This document shows positions 8,746 through 19,072 of a stretch of 64,000 nt of DNA, piece by piece. The stretch lies in the NCBI GenBank assembly GCA_902629955.1, contig CACOSS010000001.1, positions 68,203 through 132,202 on the forward strand, in the 5' to 3' direction. Each line of letters begins with the position of its first letter. The stretch's first letter is position 1. A program made the translations under genes and the position numbers. Source of the stretch: an uncultured Pelagibacteraceae bacterium (GTDB taxonomy: Bacteria; Pseudomonadota; Alphaproteobacteria; Pelagibacterales; Pelagibacteraceae). The notes beneath the pieces were generated by a model. The model was not told the origin of the DNA. It searched no databases and saw only the letters and a program-made list of their open reading frames with translations.

Positions 8746-11319
8746 ATGGAGTTTAAAAAAATCCAGTTAAATGGTTTCAAATCATTTGCTGATAATACAA
8801 CATTCATAATAGACAAAGGTTTAACAGGAATAGTTGGACCAAATGGTTGTGGAAAATCAAATATCGTAGAATCTTTAAGATGGTGTATGGGTGAAACGTC
8901 TGCAAAAAGTATGAGAGGTTCAGGGATGGAGGATGTAATATTTTCTGGTACTTCCAATAAACCCTCGAAAAATTTAGCTGAAGTTACAATTTCACTTTCA
9001 AATCAAAATAAGGATGGCCCAAATCAATACAAAGATCTGGGGTCTATTGAGGTCAAACGTAAAATAGAAAAAGATAAAGGATCAAAGTTTTATATTAATG
9101 AAAAAGAAGTAAGAGCAAAAGATGCTCAGATGTTCTTTGCAGATCTATCTACCGGTGCACACTCTCCATCAATAATAAGCCAAGGTAGAATAGGTGCTCT
9201 TGTGACGGCCAAACCTGCAGATAGAAGAGCCGTATTAGAAGAAGCTGCTGGTATCGCCGGTTTACATGTGAGAAGGCATGAAGCAGAACTACGATTAGAT
9301 GCCGCTGAAAATAATTTAAAGAGAGCAGATGAGTTGCGAAGACAACAGGAAAGGCAATTACAAAATTTATTAAAACAAGCTGAAGAAGCTACGAAATATA
9401 AAAATATTTCTGAGGATATAAAAAAAATTGAGGCAGGCCTCTATTATTTAAAACTTAGAGATATTGATAATGAAATTAAAATTGAAAAAGAGATAAACAA
9501 TGAAGCAGAAAACGAAGTAAAGGGTTTCAATGAAAAATTGGAATTAATTGAAAAAAAAATAAATGATGAAACTGAAAAAGTAAATCCTATAAGAGATAAA
9601 AATTTTGAAATTTTATCAAAAATTCAAAGATTAAATCTTGAATTGAAAGGACTAGATGAAGAAAATGAGAGAATAAAAAGTGAAATAGAGGGAATAAAAA
9701 GCTCTTTAAAAATTCTAGAAAATGATACCGATAGAGAAAAAAGTATAATTATAGATGCTAAATCTAATGAAAAAAGACTTAAGGAAGAAAAAGAAGAACT
9801 AATTAATATTGACTCTAAATATTATGAAACTGAAAAACAGTCTAACGAAGATCTAGATGTTGCAAAAAAGAATTTAAAACAAGAACAAGAAAAAGTTGAT
9901 AATCTAATAAATAATTTTGGTTCCGAAAATTTAAAGAAAAATCTACATACCATTAGGGAAATAAAAGATAATATTGATGAAATTATCAAACTTGTTAAAG
10001 ACAGAAATAACGATGATGCTATTAAAATATTAGAGTCATGCCAAATAACTATTGGTTATTTAACCCAGACAATAAATGAGAATGACGATGATAAAAAGTT
10101 ATCTAATCTTTCCGAAAAAAATAAAAATATAAAAGAATTACAAGAAATATACGCAGATAATTATAGTAAAAACCAAAATTTAAAAAAAGACTCAATTAAA
10201 AGAAATGAGAGAATTAATACTATTGAAAATGAGTTAAATAGTTGGAAAAATTTATTAATTAATTCTGAAAAAAAAATAAATGAATTGAATGAACGTAAAA
10301 AAACTCTTAACAAAAAATTAGAAGAACTAGATAAACAACCGCAAACCCAGGCTGAAAAAAAAGGTCAAATTTCGGAAGGTTTAAGAATTTCAGAAAATGA
10401 AAAAAAAGAAAATGAAGCTTTAATTGATCAAATCGATAATCAAATAAATGACTACAGAAATCAATTGAATGTTACAAAAGAATCATCAATCGAAATAAGG
10501 GAGAGAAAAGCAAGCTCAACTGCAACTATAGATGGTCTTGATAAAAGAAGAACTGATTTATTGGATAGAATAGATACTGAATTAAACCTAAATGAAGAAA
10601 ATCTTTTAGGTTTTTCAAATCTTGAAAAAGAAGATGAATTTCCAGATGCAGTCACACAAGAAGAACTTTTGGACGCTAGAAAGAGAGAAAGGGAAAAATT
10701 AGGATCAGTAAATCTAAGAGCAGATGAAGAAACCAGTAAATACGAAATTGAAATAAAAAAAATGGAAAATGATAGACAAGACTTAGTTCAAGCGATTTCA
10801 AAACTTAAAGACAGTATCAGTGAACTGAATCAAAAAGGAAGGGAAAGGCTCTTAGAAGCTTTTGAAAAAGTTAATAGAAAATTTAATGAGGTTTATACAA
10901 AATTATTTAACGGAGGAACTGCTAAACTTGAACTTGTAGATTCTGATGATCCTCTTGAAGCAGGTTTAGAATTATTAGTTAGCCCGCCAGGAAAAAGACT
11001 TCAATCTATTACTCTGTTGTCAGGAGGTGAGCAAGCATTAACAGCATTATCGCTTATTTTTGCAGTTTTTTTAACCAATCCTGCACCAATTTGTGTTTTA
11101 GACGAAGTTGATGCTCCACTAGATGATGCGAATGTTACAAGGTTTTGTAATTTACTTGAGGAACTTACAAAAATTACTCAGACGAGATTTGTCATAGTAA
11201 CGCATCATGCTTTAACAATGTCAAAAATGAACAAACTTTACGGTGTTACAATGCCTGAAAAAGGTATAAGCCAACTAGTAGCTGTTGATTTGCAGAAAGC
11301 CGAAAGTATGGTCGCTTAA
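8746..11319 (+). CDS. smc: Chromosome segregation SMC protein (short, 857 aa)
   Basis: GFKSF, Walker A GPNGCGKSN, Q-loop ISQG, LSGGE, LDEVDAPLD, VTHH, long coiled coils. Confidence 0.93.
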   Translation: MEFKKIQLNGFKSFADNTTFIIDKGLTGIVGPNGCGKSNIVESLRWCMGETSAKSMRGSGMEDVIFSGTSNKPSKNLAEVTISLSNQNKDGPNQYKDLGSIEVKRKIEKDKGSKFYINEKEVRAKDAQMFFADLSTGAHSPSIISQGRIGALVTAKPADRRAVLEEAAGIAGLHVRRHEAELRLDAAENNLKRADELRRQQERQLQNLLKQAEEATKYKNISEDIKKIEAGLYYLKLRDIDNEIKIEKEINNEAENEVKGFNEKLELIEKKINDETEKVNPIRDKNFEILSKIQRLNLELKGLDEENERIKSEIEGIKSSLKILENDTDREKSIIIDAKSNEKRLKEEKEELINIDSKYYETEKQSNEDLDVAKKNLKQEQEKVDNLINNFGSENLKKNLHTIREIKDNIDEIIKLVKDRNNDDAIKILESCQITIGYLTQTINENDDDKKLSNLSEKNKNIKELQEIYADNYSKNQNLKKDSIKRNERINTIENELNSWKNLLINSEKKINELNERKKTLNKKLEELDKQPQTQAEKKGQISEGLRISENEKKENEALIDQIDNQINDYRNQLNVTKESSIEIRERKASSTATIDGLDKRRTDLLDRIDTELNLNEENLLGFSNLEKEDEFPDAVTQEELLDARKREREKLGSVNLRADEETSKYEIEIKKMENDRQDLVQAISKLKDSISELNQKGRERLLEAFEKVNRKFNEVYTKLFNGGTAKLELVDSDDPLEAGLELLVSPPGKRLQSITLLSGGEQALTALSLIFAVFLTNPAPICVLDEVDAPLDDANVTRFCNLLEELTKITQTRFVIVTHHALTMSKMNKLYGVTMPEKGISQLVAVDLQKAESMVA

Positions 11320-11321
11320 TA

Positions 11322-11597
11322 ATGACCAATGAAAAATTTAAAACTCGCCTAGAAATTGCAAAAAAAAAGATATCTGATAATGAGAGCGTAAATAGCGATA
11401 AAAAGACATCACTTTTAGGAATAGCATTTAAAATGAGCACTGAACTTGTGGCCGCAGTTCTTGTGGGTAGTATTATTGGGTTTATTTTTGATAGCTGGTT
11501 TGGTACTAAACCATGGTTAATTTTAACATTTTTTTTTGTAGGAGTTATAGCGGGCGTTTTAAACGTAGTTAGATCTGCAAAAAACATGCAAAAGTAA
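11322..11597 (+). CDS. atpI: AtpZ/AtpI family protein
   Basis: Two TM helices, D.WFGTKPW motif, first gene of the F0 operon. Confidence 0.9.
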   Translation: MTNEKFKTRLEIAKKKISDNESVNSDKKTSLLGIAFKMSTELVAAVLVGSIIGFIFDSWFGTKPWLILTFFFVGVIAGVLNVVRSAKNMQK

Positions 11598-11603
11598 AAT
11601 ATT

Positions 11604-12338
11604 ATGGCTACAAACCCAATGCACCAATTCAATGTTTATAGAATTGGCCCAGAAATAAAGATAGATCAAATAGATATTTCATTCACTAACGCAAGTTTGT
11701 TCATGGTGATGAGTTCTTTAATTATTTTGATTATATTCAATTTAGGATCTATAAAAAAAAATATCATACCAAATAAAGTACAGTTGCTTGCTGAACTAAG
11801 CTATTCTTTCATTTCAAAAATGATAAGCGATACTGCTGGTTCAAAAGGTAAGCCATATTTTGGGTTTATCTTCTCGTTATTTATGTTTGTCCTATTTTGT
11901 AACATGTTAGGAATGTTGCCTTATGCTTTCACAGTAACTAGTCACATAATAGTTACCTTTGTCCTAGCAGCATTAATATTTATTGGGGTAACCGTTATAG
12001 GTTTTATAAAACATGGTCTTGGTTATTTAAAATTATTTGTACCAAGTGGTGTCCCGATTGTTTTGTTGCCTTTAATTGTAGTCATAGAAGTTATTTCATA
12101 TTTAAGTAGACCGATAAGCTTATCTGTAAGACTTTTTGCAAACATGATGGCTGGTCATACAATGATGAAAGTTTTCGGGGGTTTTGTTATAAGCCTCGGA
12201 TTAGTTGGTGGATGGCTTCCACTAGGTTTTTCAGTTGCATTAACTGGTTTGGAGATATTAGTTGCTTTTCTTCAAGCATATGTATTTGCAATTTTAACAT
12301 GCATATATTTAAATGATGCATTAAATTTACACCATTAA
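11604..12338 (+). CDS. atpB: F0 ATP synthase subunit a
   Basis: SLSVRLFANMMAGH, LQAYVF. Confidence 0.98.
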   Translation: MATNPMHQFNVYRIGPEIKIDQIDISFTNASLFMVMSSLIILIIFNLGSIKKNIIPNKVQLLAELSYSFISKMISDTAGSKGKPYFGFIFSLFMFVLFCNMLGMLPYAFTVTSHIIVTFVLAALIFIGVTVIGFIKHGLGYLKLFVPSGVPIVLLPLIVVIEVISYLSRPISLSVRLFANMMAGHTMMKVFGGFVISLGLVGGWLPLGFSVALTGLEILVAFLQAYVFAILTCIYLNDALNLHH

Positions 12339-12353
12339 AAAAAAGGAGGAATA

Positions 12354-12581
12354 ATGGAACTAGAAGCAGCAAAAATGATCGGAGCAGGTTTGGCAGCGAT
12401 AGCGTTAGCTGGAGCTGGAGTAGGTATTGGAATTATATTCGGTAACTATCTTTCTGGAGCTATGAGAAATCCGTCTGCAGCTCAAAAACAATTCCCGAAT
12501 TTACTATTAGGTTTCGCGTTGGCTGAGGCTACTGGTTTATTTGGATTAGTTGTAGCGTTGATTATTTTATTTGCATTTTAA
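12354..12581 (+). CDS. atpE: F0 ATP synthase subunit c
   Basis: GAGVGIG, RNP loop, ALAEA; strong RBS AGGAGG. Confidence 0.98.
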   Translation: MELEAAKMIGAGLAAIALAGAGVGIGIIFGNYLSGAMRNPSAAQKQFPNLLLGFALAEATGLFGLVVALIILFAF

Positions 12582-12584
12582 ATA

Positions 12585-13175
12585 ATGCGCAAAAGATTGG
12601 TTTTATATTTATTACTTTCGGTCATCACATTTGTTTCAAATGTATACGGTGCGGAATCTGAAGGTATGCCACAATTGAACCCCGAGTTTTGGGTTTCACA
12701 AATTTTTTGGCTAATATTGACCTTTGGATTTTTATTTATAATTTTATCAAAATTTATACTTCCAAAGATAAGTAATAATTTAGAATTAAGAAAATCTCAA
12801 ATTTTAGATAATATAGAAACAGCCGAAAAACAAAAAATTGAAAGTGAAAATAAAATTAAAGAATACGAGACTTTAATCAATAATAGTAAAAACGAGGCTA
12901 GAAACTATTTTAATGATGCTAGAAAAAAAATAATTCAAGATATAGATAAAAAAAGAGAAAAAGTCGAAGAAGAGATTAACTTAGAAATACAGAATGCTGA
13001 AAAAGAAATAGCTGAACTAAAAAAAAATTCGCCAGAAAAGATAAACAAAATTGCAACCGACACCTCGGCGCAACTAATTAAGCAATTGATTGGTGAAGAA
13101 ATTAATAATAGCAGTATTTCTGCCATTGTTGAGGATCTTTCTAAAAAAAATAAAGGTAAATATTATGACAATTGA
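12585..13175 (+). CDS. atpF2: F0 ATP synthase subunit b'
   Basis: GMPQL..SQIFWL motif, TM plus coiled coil. Confidence 0.9.
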   Translation: MRKRLVLYLLLSVITFVSNVYGAESEGMPQLNPEFWVSQIFWLILTFGFLFIILSKFILPKISNNLELRKSQILDNIETAEKQKIESENKIKEYETLINNSKNEARNYFNDARKKIIQDIDKKREKVEEEINLEIQNAEKEIAELKKNSPEKINKIATDTSAQLIKQLIGEEINNSSISAIVEDLSKKNKGKYYDN

Positions 13176-13662
13176 TGCAACATTTTGGGTAGCGGTATCT
13201 TTTATTATTTTTGTAGCTGTTCTTGTTTACTTTAAAATTCCTCAAAAGGTAAATGAAACTTTAAATAAACTTATTTCAGATATTAGAAACGAAATTAATG
13301 AAAGCGAGAGATTACGAAAAGAATCAAAAGTTATGTTAGACGATGCTCAAGCCAAATTAGATAGTGCTAAAACAGAAGTAAAGGAGATCTCAAATAGAGC
13401 CAAACAAGATAGTGAAAAACTTATCATAGAAATGAATGATAAATTTCATAAAATGTCTGATATAAAAAAAAATTTAGCAAAATCCAAAATTTCGCAAATG
13501 AAAGAGGCTGCACTTAATGATATTAAAAAAGCATCAATCAGTATAGCTGTCGACTCAGTAAAAAAAGCAATATCAACATCTGTAGATAAATCTAAGTTGG
13601 ATAATTTATTTTCAAAAGATTTAGAGCAAACAAAAAGTCTGCTTAAAAAGATTAATTCTTAA
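13165..13662 (+). CDS. atpF: F0 ATP synthase subunit b
   Basis: MTIDATFWVAVSF N-terminal TM plus coiled coil; ATG at 13165. Confidence 0.92.
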   Translation: MTIDATFWVAVSFIIFVAVLVYFKIPQKVNETLNKLISDIRNEINESERLRKESKVMLDDAQAKLDSAKTEVKEISNRAKQDSEKLIIEMNDKFHKMSDIKKNLAKSKISQMKEAALNDIKKASISIAVDSVKKAISTSVDKSKLDNLFSKDLEQTKSLLKKINS

Positions 13663-13664
13663 TC

Positions 13665-13689
13665 TAACTATAAATTAGTTACTTTTTTT
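13665..13689 (+). terminator. Weak AT-rich hairpin with T-tract after atpF
   Basis: TAACTA-TAAAT-TAGTTA followed by CTTTTTTT. Confidence 0.35.
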
Positions 13690-13713
13690 AAAAATAATAT
13701 AAATTACTCATTT

Positions 13714-15177
13714 ATGGATTCTATTATAATTGGTTCTGGTTTTGGTGGTATAGCGGCTGCACTGCGCCTGAAAGCAAAAGGCCATAGTGTTACATTGATA
13801 GAAAAACATCAAGATCTTGGTGGTAGAGCAAGAGTATTTAAAAAAAATGGTTTCACTTATGATGGTGGTCCAACTGTTATTACTGCTCCTTACCTTATCA
13901 ATGAATTATTTGAATTATTTAAAAAAAATCCAGAAAACTACATAAAACTGCAACCTCTCCACACTTGGTATCAATTTGTTTTTGAGGATAAGACAAAATT
14001 TAATTATTCAGGAAATGAAAATGATATGAAAAAACAAATTGAAAAAATCAGCAAAGAAGATGTCGAGGGTTATTCAAAATTGGTAAGTTTTACAAAAAAA
14101 ATTTTTGATAAAGGTTTTACCGAACTCGCTGATGTGCCATTTAATAAACCATTTGTAATGATACAACAGCTACCAGCTTTATTAAAATTAAAAAGTTATA
14201 AATCAGTTTATTCCTTAGTTTCATCTTATGTAAGAAATGAGAAACTGAGGAGAATGTTTAGTATGCACCCATTATTAGTTGGAGGAAACCCTTTTACTAC
14301 AACATCAATTTATGGATTAATTTTATATTTAGAAAAAAAATGGGGAATCCATTATTCTATGGGGGGAACTGGAAATATTATAAGTGGGCTCGAAAAATTG
14401 ATGAATGAAGTAGGAATTAAAATTATTAAAGGTCACGAAGTAAATAAAATAATACTAAAAGAGAAAAAAATTATAGGAATTCAATTAGATGATAAACAAA
14501 ATATAAATGCCGACAACGTAATATGCAATGCAGATCCCCCTGGGGTATATGAAAATTTATTAAATGGTAGTAAGAGAACCTCTTTACTATTTGAGTGGAA
14601 AAAAAATAGAATGGAATACTCAATGGGTTTGTTTGTATACTATTTCGGCACCAAAAGAACATATGACTCAATTGAACATCACACAATAAAATTTGGCAAT
14701 AAATATAAAGAACATTTAGAAGACATATTTGATAATAAAAAATTAAATAACGATATAAGTTATTATTTACACAGGCCGTCTGCCACAGATAAATCTATGG
14801 CTCCAAAGGGTCATGATTGTTTTTATGTTTTAGTACCAGTTCCTAACAATCAATCTAATATTGATTGGAATGTTGAAGGAGAAAAAATGAAAGATCTAGT
14901 AATTGACAAAATGGAAGATGATTTAATGCCAGATTTGAGAAAAAATATTGTTGAAGATTTTTATCTAACGCCTGATTATTTTGAAAAGGATCTCAATACG
15001 AAATATGGTTCTGGTTTCTCCATACAACCAAAATTTTCACAGTCAGCTTATTTTAGATTTCATAATAAATCAGAGATTTATGATGGCTTATATTTTGTAG
15101 GGGCTGGAACACATCCTGGTGCAGGTGTTCCTGGTGTCCTCTCATCAGCAAAAGTTCTTGATAAAATTTTACGATGA
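13714..15177 (+). CDS. crtI: Phytoene desaturase
   Basis: GSGFGG, GGRA, DGGPTVIT, LVGGNPF, VGAGTHPGAGVPGV. Confidence 0.96.
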   Translation: MDSIIIGSGFGGIAAALRLKAKGHSVTLIEKHQDLGGRARVFKKNGFTYDGGPTVITAPYLINELFELFKKNPENYIKLQPLHTWYQFVFEDKTKFNYSGNENDMKKQIEKISKEDVEGYSKLVSFTKKIFDKGFTELADVPFNKPFVMIQQLPALLKLKSYKSVYSLVSSYVRNEKLRRMFSMHPLLVGGNPFTTTSIYGLILYLEKKWGIHYSMGGTGNIISGLEKLMNEVGIKIIKGHEVNKIILKEKKIIGIQLDDKQNINADNVICNADPPGVYENLLNGSKRTSLLFEWKKNRMEYSMGLFVYYFGTKRTYDSIEHHTIKFGNKYKEHLEDIFDNKKLNNDISYYLHRPSATDKSMAPKGHDCFYVLVPVPNNQSNIDWNVEGEKMKDLVIDKMEDDLMPDLRKNIVEDFYLTPDYFEKDLNTKYGSGFSIQPKFSQSAYFRFHNKSEIYDGLYFVGAGTHPGAGVPGVLSSAKVLDKILR

Positions 15178-16022
15178 CTAAAAGTCTTTTATCTATTCAT
15201 GCAAAGTCCTTTAGCTGGGCAGGTTTTTTTTTACCAAAAAATAAATTTAAGGATAGTTCTGATTTATATGATTTTTGTAGAACATTAGATGATATTGTTG
15301 ATCAAGATATTTTACTTAACGAAAAGATTAAAAAATTTAATGTATTTAAAAGAGACTTTGAGACTAAAAACTTTGAAAACGAGAATATAAAAAAAATATA
15401 TTCACTTATTCAAAAATTTAATATTGATAGCAGTATTGTAAAAGATTTATTCGACGGAGTAAAAACAGATTTAAAAGAAAAGGTGGCTTTTGATACAAAA
15501 AAGGACTTAATTATATATTCCTATCGTGTTGCTGGTACCGTTGGACTTATGATGGCCAAGATTTTAAATGTTAGATCTAAAAATTCATTAATGTCTGCAA
15601 TTGACTTAGGTATAGCAATGCAATTAACAAATATAGCTAGGGATGTATTTGAAGATAAAAATAGAAATAGGAATTATATAAATTCAAATTTTGAGACAAT
15701 AGAAGATACATTAAGATTTGCTGACATTTTTTATAAAAGATCCTTTAGTGCTATAAGCGAAATACCTTTTTTAAGCAGATTTGCGATTTTAGTTGCAAGA
15801 AGAATCTATAGGGAGATTGGGAACGAGATCTTAAAAAAGAAAAATATGGAAAATTACAAATCTGCAGGAAAAATTTATGTTTCTTCCTTAGGGAAGTTAA
15901 ACCAAACAATTTTAAGTATTTTAGATATGTTTAACTTATATTATACAAAAAAAGATAATGAAATTGAGAGAAAAGAACATGCTTTAATTAAAGAGGAAAT
16001 AAATTTAGATGAAAGAATTTGA
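15174..16022 (+). CDS. crtB: Phytoene synthase
   Basis: KSFSWA, FCRTLDDIVD, YRVAGTVG, QLTNIARDVFED. Confidence 0.95.
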   Translation: MTKSLLSIHAKSFSWAGFFLPKNKFKDSSDLYDFCRTLDDIVDQDILLNEKIKKFNVFKRDFETKNFENENIKKIYSLIQKFNIDSSIVKDLFDGVKTDLKEKVAFDTKKDLIIYSYRVAGTVGLMMAKILNVRSKNSLMSAIDLGIAMQLTNIARDVFEDKNRNRNYINSNFETIEDTLRFADIFYKRSFSAISEIPFLSRFAILVARRIYREIGNEILKKKNMENYKSAGKIYVSSLGKLNQTILSILDMFNLYYTKKDNEIERKEHALIKEEINLDERI

Positions 16023-17073
16023 TTATATTATTATAGGTGGTGGATGTGCAGGCTTATCTTTAGCATATGAACTTAATATAAACAAAAAGTTAGAAAAGAA
16101 AAATCTAGCAATAATTGAAATTAGAGAGAAATACAAAAGAGACAAAACTTGGTCTTTTTGGAAAGTGGTAAATCATAACTTTGAGGATTGTGTTATAAAA
16201 AGCTGGAATAATTTTACAATTAACTCTGTTCATGGTTCTCATGAAATGGTTAATAAACAATATCCATACCAAACTATTGATAGTGGCTTATTTTATAAAA
16301 AAGTAACAGAAAGTTTGAAAAAAAATCAAAATATTCAATTTCTAAAAAATATAAATGAATTAAATACTAAAAATTCTTTTATATTTAATAGTATTGCAAC
16401 TAATCAAGTTCATGAAACTAATCTATGGCAACATTTTAAAGGTATAGAAATTGAAACTGAAAAAAATATTTTTGACGATGAAATCTTTAATTTAATGGAC
16501 TTCAATTGTGATCAAAGAGATAATGTGCATTTCTTTTATACTTTACCTTTTGCGAAAAATAAGGCTTTAGTTGAAACTACATGGTTGTCTAGAATGAATG
16601 ACAAAACTCTATATGATTATGATGCACAGTTGGTAAAGTATATTAAAGAGACGCTTAAAATAAAAAATTACAAAATTAAGTACGAAGAAGAAGGCGCAAT
16701 ACCTCTTTTTTACCCAATTAATAAGATCGAACAAAACAAACTTAACATTGGCTCAGCTGGATGTATGACGCGTCTAAGTACTGGTTATACATTTTTAAAT
16801 ATTCAAGAGCATAGTAAATATATAACCAAAAATATTGAAATGATTAAAAAAGCAAAAATTTATAATATTGGAAAAAAATATGAATTTCTTGATAAGATAT
16901 TCTTAAATGTATGCAAGAGACATCCTGATAAAATGCCAAAAATATTTTTTGATATGTTTAATGGATCATCCGAAGTTGTAATTAAATTTCTTTCAAATAA
17001 AAGTAATTTTTTGGAAGATTTGAAAGTAATTTTTAAAATGCCAAAAATGCTATTTATTAAAAATATTTTTTAA
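16009..17073 (+). CDS. crtY: Lycopene beta-cyclase
   Basis: GGGCAGLSLA, DKTWSFW, MDF, FFYTLPF, EEGAIP, STGYTF; located in the crt operon. Confidence 0.92.
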   Translation: MKEFDYIIIGGGCAGLSLAYELNINKKLEKKNLAIIEIREKYKRDKTWSFWKVVNHNFEDCVIKSWNNFTINSVHGSHEMVNKQYPYQTIDSGLFYKKVTESLKKNQNIQFLKNINELNTKNSFIFNSIATNQVHETNLWQHFKGIEIETEKNIFDDEIFNLMDFNCDQRDNVHFFYTLPFAKNKALVETTWLSRMNDKTLYDYDAQLVKYIKETLKIKNYKIKYEEEGAIPLFYPINKIEQNKLNIGSAGCMTRLSTGYTFLNIQEHSKYITKNIEMIKKAKIYNIGKKYEFLDKIFLNVCKRHPDKMPKIFFDMFNGSSEVVIKFLSNKSNFLEDLKVIFKMPKMLFIKNIF

Positions 17074-17077
17074 TAAT

Positions 17078-17974
17078 ATGAATAGAATTAATTATTTACA
17101 TTCTTTAATTTTTTTTAACATTTGTATACTGCTGTCAGCATTTGATTTTTTACGTAATAACGATTTTTTAATTCTATGCTTATTTTTGGTACTTTGCTTA
17201 GGGATATCCCATGGTGCATTAGATCATTTAAAAGGAATGAAGTTATTGAAGATTTTAAAATATGACAAAATCTATGTGTTTTATTTTTTTTATATTTTAT
17301 TAGCCTTGATTATAATTATTGCTTGGGTGGTTCTACCTAAATTTTTATTATTATTTTTTTTAATCGTTGCATCTTATCATTTTGGCAAAGAAGACTGTGA
17401 ATTTCTAAAGTTGGATTCTAAATTTGATATAATTTATTTTTTTAAAGGAAGTTTAGTCATAACTGCTCCATTATTATTTCATAAAAATGAAACCTTAAAA
17501 GTTTTCATGGACTTAAATTTTAATGTATCTGACAGTTTTTTTGTATCTACTGAATTTATTTATTTTTTAATCGGTTTAAGTTTTATATCAAATATTATTA
17601 TCTCACTAAATAAGGATATTAATATTAAGGCTCTTCTTTTGATGGACTTTATATCTGTATTATTAATAAATTTTTTTTTACAACCAATTTTAGCGTTTAC
17701 AATTTACTTTTGTTTTTTACACTCAATTAGACATTCATTAAAGTTATCAAATGAACTTAACGCAAAAGATTTTATTAATGGTGTTAAAAAATTTATAATT
17801 AAAGCAGTTCCATTAACTCTTTTGACTGCTATTTTGTTCTTGTTATCTCTATTTTTGCTGAAAAATTATTATATTTTAGATGCTGCGGTATCAAAAGTTA
17901 TATTTATTGGTTTGGCGTCTTTAACCTTTCCGCATATATTGCTCGAATATTTAATCGAAAAAAATGAAAAATAA
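17078..17974 (+). CDS. blh: Beta-carotene 15,15'-dioxygenase (Brp/Blh)
   Basis: GISHGALDH, YHFG, LHSIRH, LTFPH histidine motifs in a polytopic membrane protein. Confidence 0.95.
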   Translation: MNRINYLHSLIFFNICILLSAFDFLRNNDFLILCLFLVLCLGISHGALDHLKGMKLLKILKYDKIYVFYFFYILLALIIIIAWVVLPKFLLLFFLIVASYHFGKEDCEFLKLDSKFDIIYFFKGSLVITAPLLFHKNETLKVFMDLNFNVSDSFFVSTEFIYFLIGLSFISNIIISLNKDINIKALLLMDFISVLLINFFLQPILAFTIYFCFLHSIRHSLKLSNELNAKDFINGVKKFIIKAVPLTLLTAILFLLSLFLLKNYYILDAAVSKVIFIGLASLTFPHILLEYLIEKNEK

Positions 17975-18131
17975 AAATATTAACTTATTGGGATGGATAT
18001 TATTTATAATTTCGGCAATTGGTTTTATTATATCTAGTATCGGAAGTTTTTGGGCTATGTTTGGTAGTATATTTTTTTTTGTTGCGTGTTTAATTTTTCT
18101 AATACCTTTTTTTAAAAAGGATAAAGTATGA
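17964..18131 (+). CDS. Small two-TM membrane protein (55 aa), not in the ORF track
   Basis: MKNKNINLLGWILFIISAIGFIISSIGSFWAMFGSIFFFVACLIFLIPFFKKDKV*; overlaps the blh stop and shares ATGA with the ispH start, exactly filling the gap. Confidence 0.8.
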   Translation: MKNKNINLLGWILFIISAIGFIISSIGSFWAMFGSIFFFVACLIFLIPFFKKDKV

Positions 18132-19072
18132 AAAAAAAAAAGTTGAAAATTCTATTAGCAGCGCCACGAGGGTTTTGCGCAGGAGTAGACAGGGCAATTG
18201 AAATTGTAAAAAAAAGTATAGAAAAATATGGATCACCTGTTTACGTTCGACATGAAATTGTTCACAATAAACATGTAGTTGAAAGTTTAAAAAAAATTGG
18301 TGCAATATTTGTAGAGGAATTAAGCGAGATAGAAGACAAATCAAGACCAGTAATTTTTTCTGCGCATGGAGTCCCAAAAAATGTGCCTGAAGAAGCATCA
18401 AGTCTCAAAATGGAATACATCGACGCTACTTGCCCTTTAGTTTCTAAAGTGCATAGAGAAGCAGAAAATTTACATAAAAATGGGTCACATGTTTTATTAA
18501 TTGGGCATAAAAATCATCCTGAAGTAATCGGTACAATGGGTCAAATTCCTAGAGGTTCAATAGATCTAATAGAAAGTATTAAAGACGCATCAAAATATGA
18601 AAAAAAATCAGGCAAAGATTTAGCTTTTGTCACACAAACTACACTTTCAGTTGATGATACCAAGGACATTATAAATGAATTGAAAAAAAAATTTCCTGAA
18701 ATAAAAGAACCCAAAAAAGAGGATATATGCTACGCGACAACTAATAGACAAGCTGCAGTTAAAAACATAGCAAAAAAATGTGATATGTTTTTTGTTATTG
18801 GAAGTAGAAATTCATCTAACTCTGTTAGGTTGGTAGAAGTTGCAAAAACATCAGGTTGTTCAAATTCTATGTTGATACATTCTGAAAGTAAAATTCCTTA
18901 TCAAAATATAAATAATTGTGAAATAATTGGAATTGCATCAGGTGCCTCTGCTCCAGAAGTTCTGGTTGAAAAATTTATTAATAATTTAAAATCAAAATAT
19001 AATATAACTATTGAAGAGTCCGAAATAATTAAAGAAGACGTCGTATTTAAAATTCCTGGAAAATTAAATTAA
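18128..19072 (+). CDS. ispH: 4-hydroxy-3-methylbut-2-enyl diphosphate reductase
   Basis: PRGFCAGV, IVHN, SAHG, DATCPLV, HPEV, ICYATTNRQ, SSNS. Confidence 0.98.
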   Translation: MKKKKLKILLAAPRGFCAGVDRAIEIVKKSIEKYGSPVYVRHEIVHNKHVVESLKKIGAIFVEELSEIEDKSRPVIFSAHGVPKNVPEEASSLKMEYIDATCPLVSKVHREAENLHKNGSHVLLIGHKNHPEVIGTMGQIPRGSIDLIESIKDASKYEKKSGKDLAFVTQTTLSVDDTKDIINELKKKFPEIKEPKKEDICYATTNRQAAVKNIAKKCDMFFVIGSRNSSNSVRLVEVAKTSGCSNSMLIHSESKIPYQNINNCEIIGIASGASAPEVLVEKFINNLKSKYNITIEESEIIKEDVVFKIPGKLN

